From NCBI GenBank assembly GCA_951406725.2, contig OX597838.1:27714001-27778000 (forward strand): 64,000 bases of DNA, in the 5' to 3' direction. Shown piece by piece: positions 54,589 through 64,000 of this stretch (positions are counted from its first letter, which is position 1; each line of letters opens with the position of its first letter). This DNA is from Octopus vulgaris (lineage: Eukaryota). A program made the position numbers and the translations under genes. The notes under the pieces are model-generated. The model made no database searches and was not told the origin of the DNA. It was given only the letters and a program-made list of their open reading frames with translations.

Positions 54589-55219
54589 CAAATTGCATAT
54601 TTTAAAACAAATCTAAAAAACGGACAGCAACCGAATCAGAACAGTAAACGGGGAATACAGTACAAACAATAATTCAGAGGCCAGACCACCATCGTTGACT
54701 GCAATATCAAACTTAGCATACAATGACCAAGAACATGGAAGTTAGATGGTTTGCGTAAGATTCAGACACGGAGAGGAATACCTGTTCTGAACGTTTATTT
54801 ATTGGATATGAACCACTTCAAAAAACTTTAAAAGTACGAGCGAATATATGAAACTATTACGAATTTTGTAAATATGAATGCTATTGAGCACCGGAGTAGT
54901 ATTGCTCGTAATTACCAAATGAAGAGCTGAATAAAGTTTTCTCTTAAAAAGAATATTTCCTTTCGTTAATAATAAATCTTTCACTTAACGTGTGCGGATC
55001 ATATAAAGGGAGACAACTCCCTTTTGCCTATACCGATTGATTATATTCTTTCCTCTTTCTCATTCCCGTTACTACCATCATCCTCACCCTTATCATTTAA
55101 CGTTCGTAGTCCATGCTGGCATGGGTTAGACGGTGTGACCAGAGCTGGCACGCTGGGGGGGGGGAGGCTGCCTCAGACTCCAGTGTGATTTGGCATGGGT
55201 TTTTCTTTATGCATACATA

Positions 55220-55600
55220 GGCGCAGCAGTGGCTGTGTGGTAAGTAGCTTGCTAACCAATCATATGTTTCCGGGTTCAGTCCCACTGCGTGGCACCTTGG
55301 GCAAGTGTCTTCTGCTATAGCCCCGGGCCGACCAATGCCTTGTGAGTGGATTTGGTAGACGGAAACCGAAAGAAGCCTGTCGTGTATATATATATATGTG
55401 TGTGTGTGTGTGTTTGTGTGTCTGTGTTTGTCCCCCTAGCATTGCTTGACAACCGATGTCGGTGTGTTTACGTCCCAGTCACTTAGTCGTCAACTAGAAT
55501 AACAAAAGAGAATAAGTCCCGGGGTCGATTTGCTCGAATAAAGGCGGTGCTCCAGCATGGCCGCAGTCAAATGACTGAAACAAGTAAAAGAGAGAAAGAG
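55220..55600 (+). mobile_element. SINE family A
   Basis: Family match. A close relative sits at 56261-56515. Confidence 0.88.
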
Positions 55601-55699
55601 AGAAGTGGGAACGTGTTCGTATTAATAGCAATCAAGATCATTTAATGTTTCTCTCGTTCACTCTCTGAGTGTGTGTATTTTTTTGTTCTCTTCTTCGCC

Positions 55700-56225
55700 T
55701 CTTATGCCAAAAGGTGCCGGCGTCAAACAGACCCTCACCAAATCAGGGTCCCGTGTCCAGTCAGCGGCGGTAAACCAACAGAGTGGAAACATCTGCATCC
55801 AATCCTCCCATTCTGAAGACACACTTCCCAATCCATGTGTTCGCCATTCATTCTCTCGAATTCGTTCCTGGCCTCTCATTTCGCAGTATGTTCGTAGCAG
55901 CTCACCTTGTTTTCTCAACGTCGGGGGCTCCTACTTCCAGAAATACCTCGCAGTCCATCACTCGCCAACCGTTCTCCAGGTCTCGCGGTTCCATTCTGTT
56001 AAACTCCGTCATCACCACGACATCATTGGATATCGTTTTGCATCCATGCCCTCATTCTTCCCACCAAATTATCCACTTTTACTGTGTCAGTGTGTCCACC
56101 AGTTGCTGCAGTTTCATTGAGATACGGTTGGGGAGACCAATCGCAAACTCCAAATTCATGACCCTATCCATTGCTCAGCCGGAAAACCTAGCTAATCCAA
56201 TCGTCTCCTGACTTCGCTCACCTTA
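55700..56225 (-). mobile_element. Probable decayed gag fragment of the LTR element
   Basis: Minus-strand IGLARFSG*AMDRVMNLEFAIGLPNRISMKLQQL resembles gag of this element type. It lies upstream of the pol remnant on the same strand and contains internal stops. Confidence 0.5.
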
Positions 56226-56670
56226 TCATAAGTATTAGGGCCGATTTATATCTATCTATAGGCGCAGGAGTGGTTGTGTGGTAAGTAGCTTGCTAACCAA
56301 TCATATGTTTCCGGGTTCAGTCCCACTGCGTGGCACCTTGGGCAAGTGTCTTCTGCTATAGCCCCGGGCCGACCAATGCCTTGTAAGTGGATTTGGTAGA
56401 CGGAAACTGAAAGAAGCTTGTCGTATATATGTATATATATATTTATATATGCGTGTGTGTGTTTGTCCCCCTAGCATTGCATGACAACCGATGCTGGTAT
56501 GTTTACGTCCCCGACACTTCTTTTTTTCTGTATTTTTTTTTCAACGTTAAATTACGAAATAATTGTAATCCACACAATCTGAAACGATCTTCTTTATCTG
56601 TCATTTGTTTTAGTCATTTGACAGCTGCCATGCTGGGGTATTGCCTTGAAAAAGTTTTTAGTCCAACAGA

Positions 56671-56950
56671 TCAGGCCGAAAATGTCGCTAGAAGCTAGGA
56701 TCACCAAGCATAGATTGGCATATTTCGGTCATATTATGCGGAGAAAATCCATGGGGAAGGACATCATGCTCGGAATGGTCAGTGGCAAGAGAGGAAGAGG
56801 CCGACCAAGAACCCGCTGGCTTGACACCATCAGGAGTGATACCGGAATGGACATAGCCAATCTGAAAGAAGCGCCCCAGGATAGAACTGACTGGAGGACA
56901 CTGATCCAACGAGTAACCGAGAGTCGACTTCGACTGAGCGGATAGATGGA
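56671..56950 (+). mobile_element. RTE LINE 3' fragment
   Basis: RLAYFGHIMRR...GMVSGKRGRGRPRTRWLD...DRTDWR is the characteristic RTE ORF C-terminus. Confidence 0.92.
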
Positions 56951-57717
56951 TATAAATCGGCCCTAATATTTATGTTTTTAAGCCTAGTTTGTCGAGCCGC
57001 TAGATAACGGGAACGTAAACACACAAACACCAGTTGTCAAACGGTGGTAGGGGACAAACACACACACACATATACATATAATCATACATGCGGCGGGCTT
57101 CTTTCAGTTTCCGTCTAGCAAATCCACTCACAAGGCTTTAGTCGGCCCTGAGCTATAGTAGAAGATACTTACCTAAGGTGTCATGCAGTGGGACTGAACT
57201 CGGAACCATGGGGTTGGGAAGCAAACGTCTTACCATATAACCACGAATGTAGAAAATTTCATTAGAAAAATATTAATTTTTCTGAAATTTATGAGGAAAC
57301 TAAGTGAGCGGTGTCGGGGCAGACTCGCGAAGGTAGTTCAACGAGACATGCCTTACTTTCTTAATGAAGGCCACGACATCACCTTCGCCGGAAAAAGGCC
57401 TGAGAACATCACTGCCAAACTTTATAGTCTTATCTTTGTGGCTATGTTGCTCGTCAACGACAGAAACAAATCACAACAAAAAGTGCCGAAAAAGCTTACA
57501 ATATGAAAAACGAAAAAAAACAAAACAGACTCCTACCTGGAGCTTGTAGAGCGACTTCAAACAGGAAAACTACTCAAAACTGCCACTGCAATTCGTTGTG
57601 TAACCCTGGGACACTCGCTAACCTAAACCTCTGGGTCAAAAATCAGTAATACACCAGAATTCCCTCAGCATATCTCTTCTATTTGGTTACCGTTCCATGA
57701 AGACAGCTGATTGAATT

Positions 57718-57760
57718 TCCCGCCATGTTCTTTGACGTCACTTCCGGTGCATCACGTAGT
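57718..57760 (-). promoter_or_regulatory. Candidate core promoter with overlapping ETS-CRE motif
   Basis: Minus strand reads ACCGGAAGTGACGTCA followed by AACATGGCGG (YY1/Kozak-like), in a locally CpG-enriched non-repeat patch. Confidence 0.7.
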
Positions 57761-58192
57761 ATCCTACAAGTAGGATTTGATTTGAAGATTTAACTGCTAT
57801 TTCTAGCCATTCCAATGAACTCCACGTTTTTGTTTTTTTTTTAAATAATTTTTTCCCAATATAGGATTGTCCAAGGTAGCGAACTGGCAGATTGTTAGCT
57901 TGCCGGGAAAAACGCCTAGCGACATTTCGTCCGTCTTTACATTCTCAGTTCAAATTCCACCGAGGTCAAATTTGCTTCTCAGGGGTCGATGAAGTAAGTA
58001 CCAGTTGAGCACTGGAGTCGATATAATCGGCTCAACCCCAGCCCTGAGACAAAATCTGAAACCAATAAAGAGTTGTCTAATATCTGGACAGTCAGAATCC
58101 AGGACACCTCCACTTACCATAATCCTTCCTGTCCCCCTCCGACACACTTTGGACATTTGGCGTTTCATGTGTGTGTATGTGAGACATAACTA

Positions 58193-58409
58193 GGATCTTT
58201 TCCTTTTGAACAGCAGTTTGTAACATAATTTCTAGGTAACTAAAAAGTTTTAAACTTCGTATACTGGTAGAATGTGTTTATAAAATATCATTTTCTCTTG
58301 GTTTTATTGAGAGAAAAAAATGTTTTATTTTGGCACATTCTACCAGTATACGAAGTTTTAAAGTGTTTAGTTAACTAGAAATTGTCTGCCGTTCAAAAGG
58401 AAAATATCC
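58193..58409. mobile_element. Internally deleted copy of the same foldback MITE
   Basis: Same TIRs, with a perfect 8-bp TSD cataacta. Confidence 0.92.
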
Positions 58410-59225
58410 CATAACTAATTTTTTAAATGATAGAAACTTGAATTCCGGGCTTTTGGAGAAGGTTTAAAATTCTTTCCGGACGCAAATTTGGACTGCTGAA
58501 TCTAGGAAATGTCCTGGAAAATACAGACATATGGCAACCCTAGTCCCCTATTTAAAATGGTAGAACGTAATTTGAACATTTGACTCCTACTTTTTACTTG
58601 GTTGAGCGATGATGCAGGGATTGCCTAAGAGTTGTCTCCCTTCACGCGTCGCCAGCCCTGAATATATTTTCTCGATTAATGTCGATTTTTTAAAATTTTG
58701 GAACAAGACCAACAAGTTCGGGAGAGGAGGTAAGTCGATTATGTCGCCTCCAGTGCTCAACTAACGCTTGTTTTATTGACCTCGAAAAATGTAAGTACCA
58801 GTTGAGCACTGTGGTTGACATAATCGACTGACCCCTCCTTCCGGAATTGCAGGCCTTGTGCCAAAATTTGGAACCAATATTGATATCGATTCCTTCGCTT
58901 TTCTTTTTGTTTTTAGCTTAGCATTATTTTCGTTTTCCTTCTGCAAATCGAGGGATGCATTAACAACGCTTCTTTGATATTCTGCATCTTTCATGAGCTC
59001 CTACAGACATCACTCAATATTGATTCATTTCAAATTTATAATTTAACGAGATATTTTTTTCAGAATTTAGGGACAATTTTATACAATAAATCTATCTAAA
59101 GAAGATCATCTTGTTGTTTTCGAATTGAATACAATGTCGAAACATGTAATAAACAACTCATATTTGTTGTTAACAGTCAGGACGTTGCATCTTTCAAAAA
59201 TTCCATGTTTCTCAAAATTCGCCAA

Positions 59226-59615
59226 GTGGCTGTGTGGTAAGTAGCTTGTTTACCAACCACATGGTTCCGGGTTCAGTCCCACTGCATGGCACCTTGGGCA
59301 AGTGCCTTCAACTATAGCCTCGAGCCAACCAAAGCCTTGTGAGTGGATTTGGTAGACGGAAACTGAAAGAAGCCCGTCGTATATATGTATGTGTGTGTAT
59401 ATGTGCGTGTATGTTTGTGTCTGTGTTTGTCCCCCCAGCATTGCTTGACAACCGATGCTGGTGTGCTTACGTCCCCGTAACTTAGCGGTTCAGCAAAAGA
59501 GACCGATAGAATAAGTACTGGGCTTACAAAGAATAAGTCCCGGGGTCGAGTTGCTCGATTAAAGGCGGTGCTCCAGCATGGCCACAGTCAAAATGACTGA
59601 AACAAGTAAAAAGAG
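59226..59615 (+). mobile_element. SINE family A
   Basis: Family match. Confidence 0.9.
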
Positions 59616-61118
59616 AAAAAGAGGGAGTCTACCTGAAGTACACCTACACCGTTTCCTGACTTAATTATGCATTTGTGCCCTTCCATATTTATTTCCTCAT
59701 AAATTACTGACCATAGGAAAAGGAAAAATTATCCGAAAATCCTCAAAGAAATTTTGTCTATTCAGTCTTTATAAACACAGTGGAGGTGCGTGGCTTAGTG
59801 GTTAGGGTATCAGCATCATGATCGTAAGATTGGGGTTTCGATTCCTGGACCGGGCGACGCGTTGTGTTCTTGAGCAAAACACTTCATTTCACATTGCTCC
59901 AGTCTACTCAACTGGCAAAAATGAGTAACGCTGCGACAGATTGGCGTCCTGTCCAGCTGGGGGGAACACATAGGCCATAGAAACAGGGAAACCGGGCCCA
60001 TGAGCCTGGCTAGGCTTTAAAAAAGGGGCGCATTTATTATTTTTTTTTTTTTATATATATAAACACAAACATAATCTACACCCTTGGAAACGTATTTCGG
60101 CAAAACTTCACTAAAAATAATTACAAAAACTTAATCAATAAATCAATCGCAGTACAGAAGACACAGACTTACCATTCAAAAATACACAGACTGTTAACTT
60201 AAACATTTATTATCTGGTGCGAAAATTTTCCTTACACCAACAATCTTTGTAAATCTTATTGTGCACATGACAATCAGGGGGCAAAGTCAGTAGAATCGTT
60301 ACCATTCCAGACAAAATGCCAAGTGCCATTTTTTCTGGCTCTTTATGTTCTGAGTTCAAATGTCACCATGGTTGACTTTTCTGTAACCCTCTCAGGGTCG
60401 ATAAAATAAGGACCAGCTGAGCACTGGGGTTGATAAAATTATCTTTGCTTCTCCCTTCAAAATTGCTGGCCTTGTGCCAAGAATGACAATACTTCAACGA
60501 AAGTAAAAGAAAACTGATAACATTTGGTGAGATATGTATTTAATAACAAGGCTTGTGTTTTCCATCTTACACGCATTCCCTTATTGAGTTCTTTGTGTGT
60601 CTCTGTCCTTGGACGAAATGTCAGTCATTTCACTAACCAGACTCTGTCCTAGGGTTTTACAGGGACAGTGAGTTACAGAATGCTGTAAGCTGGAATGTGT
60701 GTGTGTGTGTTTGTACATGAATTGATAATGTTTTCTTGTGCTTGTGTAGACGTATGCATGAATTTGCATATGTACCTGTATATGTATATGTGTGTATGTG
60801 TGTGTGTGTGTGTATATATGTGTAAGTATGTATGTATAAGTGTGTTTTGTATGTACCTATGGGTGTGAATCGGATGGTTGATTGGGATTTCAAGTTCAAG
60901 TTTCACCTATAACCATGTTCAACCAATTGTTATATTTGCTTTAAAGTAGCAATCATAATTTTATATATATATATAGATAGATTCAGATGAATATGGTACT
61001 TAAGTTAAAGGTACCAGAATTTAGAATGGTATTTATCCATATAATTCAAAATGGGGGTGATTATAATCAAAATAAGCAACAACTGCATTACCTCTGGATA
61101 TCCTTGTTGCTTATTTTG

Positions 61119-61153
<35 letters not shown>

Positions 61154-61364
61154 ATATATATATATATATATGTATGTATATAATATATATATATGTATGT
61201 ATATATATTTATATATATATATATGTATGTATGTATATATATTTATATATATATGTATGTATGTATGTATATATATTTATATATATATATGTATGTATAT
61301 ATATTTATATATATATATGTATGTATGTATATATATTGTATATATATATGTATGTATATATATT

Positions 61365-61395
<31 letters not shown>

Positions 61396-61454
61396 CTGTA
61401 TATATGTAAATATATATATATATGTATGTATATATATATATATATGTAAATATG

Positions 61455-61578
<124 letters not shown>

Positions 61579-61749
61579 TACATGTATTTTTGACATGCTC
61601 TTGCAAACTAGAATGTGAAAGGCATTTCCCTGTGGCACTGTGCCTCCTCACAACAGAGTTTCCCCCCGCAACACTTTGAGGATAAAACATGTGTGAGTAA
61701 GTGTGTGTGTCTGCTTTGAGAATATGCACGAAATCATATGAGTGCTTGT

Positions 61750-61803
<54 letters not shown>

Positions 61804-62064
61804 CTGTGTACAGGATGTATGTATGTGTGTATGTATCATGAGAAAATCAACACATTGATGAAGGTGTGAAAGGGTCGTATTTTCAATTTGACTGAGCTGA
61901 ACTGCAAACAGCTTGATTTATGGGCACAAATGGGATCTGTTACTTCCGATTAAATACTTTGGTAATCATTCTCACGGGTGAGTCGAACATAATGGTTGTG
62001 ATGAATGACACGCCGTACGTTATTACTAAATGGCCGATAAAGGTGTACATCTGTGGGAAGAGAT

Positions 62065-62910
62065 AAAGAATAAAAGAATTAGAGAATAAAGGAATGAGTA
62101 AAAAAAAATAGAGTATTTCAGGGAATAATGGTGAAGATAGATTACACAGTGTATGTTAGTATTATATGGTTAATAATAGGTGTATATGTGTGAGGAAAAT
62201 TAATAGAAGATTCTATTAATAATTAATAGAAGATATAGAGAATAAAGGAATGAATAAAAGAATAGAGGATTGAAAGAATAATGGTGAACAACAGCATATG
62301 TTATATAATATGGTTAATAAAAGGTGTATATATGTGAGAAAAAATATAAAGAATAGGAGAATTAGAGAATAAAAGAATGAATAAAAGAATAGAGGATTTA
62401 AGGAATAATGGTGAAGATAGATGATACAGTGTATGTTATATTATATGGTTAATAAAAGGTGTATATATGTGAGAAAAAATATAAAGAATAGGAGAATTAG
62501 AGAATAAAAGAATAGAGGATTGAAGGAATAATGGTGAAGATAGATGATACAGTGTATGCTAGTATTATATGGTTAATAATAGGTGTATATGTGTGAGGAA
62601 AATAATGATTAATAGAAGATTTAGAGAATAAAGGAATGAATAAAAGAACAGAGGATTTAAGGAATAATGGTGAAGTTGAACAACAGCATGTGTTATATTA
62701 TATGGTTAATAAAAGGTGTATATATGTGAGAAAAATATAAAGAATAAGGGAATTAGAGAATAAAAGAATGAATAAAAGAATAGAGGATTGAAGGAATAAT
62801 ATGATGAATGATATTGCATTTTTTAGTTCTGTATATCTAATAAAGGTGTACATCTAAAAATGGAATAATTAGAGAATAAAGGAATGAGTTATAGAATACA
62901 GGAATAAAGG
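62065..62910. repeat. Purine-rich tandem repeat, roughly 120-150 bp units, about 6-7 copies
   Basis: Recurring agagaataaaggaatga...ggaataatggtgaagatag...tatggttaataaaaggtgtata. Confidence 0.9.
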
Positions 62911-63050
62911 AATGATGATTGTGATGAACGACACAACCTATGTTAATTCCATGTGGCCAATAAGTGAAGGTGCATGGTTTAGTGATTAGTATGTTGTACT
63001 TGTGATTGTTAGATTAAGGTTTCAATTCCCAGACTGGGAAGTGCATTATT

Positions 63051-63415
63051 TTTCGAGTACCATCTAGAGTATTCGAACAGTTCCAAGCAATGCTGTTTTC
63101 TGCAAGTGCTCCACCCTTACTGCAACCCCTATTTGTTCCATGTACTTCTCAAGATTTTTACTCACTGTTCCCAGGGCTCCAACAATTATCAGTACTACTA
63201 CCACCTTTTTCATCAAACACAACTGCTTAACCTCCCAAGCTAACCTGTCATACCTATCGACTTTTCTTTCTTCCTTATCACTTACCTTGTTGTCAGATGA
63301 GCATCCTATATCTATGATCCAGCATCATTTACTTTCTTTCTCAATTAACACTATGTCTAGTTTCCTATTCTCTATCTCATAGTCGCACTATATCACAAAA
63401 TCCCATAGGATCTTT
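63051..63415 (-). mobile_element. R4/Dong-like non-LTR element, restriction-like endonuclease C-terminal fragment
   Basis: Minus strand gives ILWDF...NRKPDIVLIEK...IIDI...KVDRY...IIVGALGTV...LQKTALLGT, with internal stops. Confidence 0.8.
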
Positions 63416-63491
63416 GCATTATCATTTTCGATTATTATTATTATCATTATTATTATCATTATTATTATTATTATTATCATTATTATCATCA

Positions 63492-63564
<73 letters not shown>

Positions 63565-64000
63565 CATTATTAGGGCAGCAAGCTGGCACAGTTGTTAACT
63601 CATTGGACTAAATGCTTAGCTGGCATTTCATTCAACTTTTTTCATTCTGAGTTCAAATCCTGCCAAGGTTAGTTTTGCATTTCTTCTTTCTGATCTCATT
63701 GAAATAAGTACCAGCTGCGCATTGAGGTTGATGTAATCAACAAACACCTCCCTCAAAGTTTCAGGCCTTGTACCTACAGTAAAAAGGATTATCATAACTA
63801 TAATCCTTTCTACTAAAGGCACAAGGTCTGAAATTAAGGGGGAAGGGGATGGTCAATTACATCGACCCCAGTGTTTCACTGGTACTTAATTTATTGACCC
63901 TGAAAGGATGAAAGGCAAAGTTGACTTGAGCAGTATTTGAACTCAGAACGTGCAGAGCAATGAAATACCACTAAGCATTTTGTCTGGCATGCTAAGGATT

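Noticed and set aside
55671-56211. Plus-strand 149-aa and 142-aa ORFs
   Set aside because: No recognisable domain; best explained as antisense shadows of a decayed retroelement gag.
57595-57632. Telomerase-template-like taaccct / ctaacctaa
   Set aside because: Incomplete match to CTAACCCTAA and on the opposite strand from the apparent promoter direction.

Overview
Eukaryotic, AT-rich, repeat-dense animal genomic DNA. The SINE families and microsatellite load resemble those of Octopus (inference from recognition, not a search). The only confidently identified host gene is the 3' part of numb on the + strand. It has four spliced coding exons (30294-30483, 34284-34499, 38665-38916, 41353-42074) with compatible phases, covering the end of the PTB domain, the NumbF region and the DPF/NPF C-terminus. 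I could not find the upstream PTB exons, so bases 1-30293 are probably one very long intron. That stretch holds a candidate 33-nt microexon and a candidate alternative first exon. The rest is many SINEs, LINE 3' fragments (CR1/L2, RTE, R4/Dong-like), a decayed Ty3/Gypsy-type element with nested insertions, MITEs, a non-autonomous Helitron, a MULE FLYWCH remnant, two tRNA-Ser(AGA)-derived copies fused to a SINE body, a 7-copy tandem array made from a LINE 3' end, hammerhead-like motifs, and an ETS-CRE promoter near 57.7 kb with no evident protein-coding gene. Nearly all listed ORFs are microsatellite or repeat artefacts. No novel system is established from sequence alone; the findings are testable candidates.
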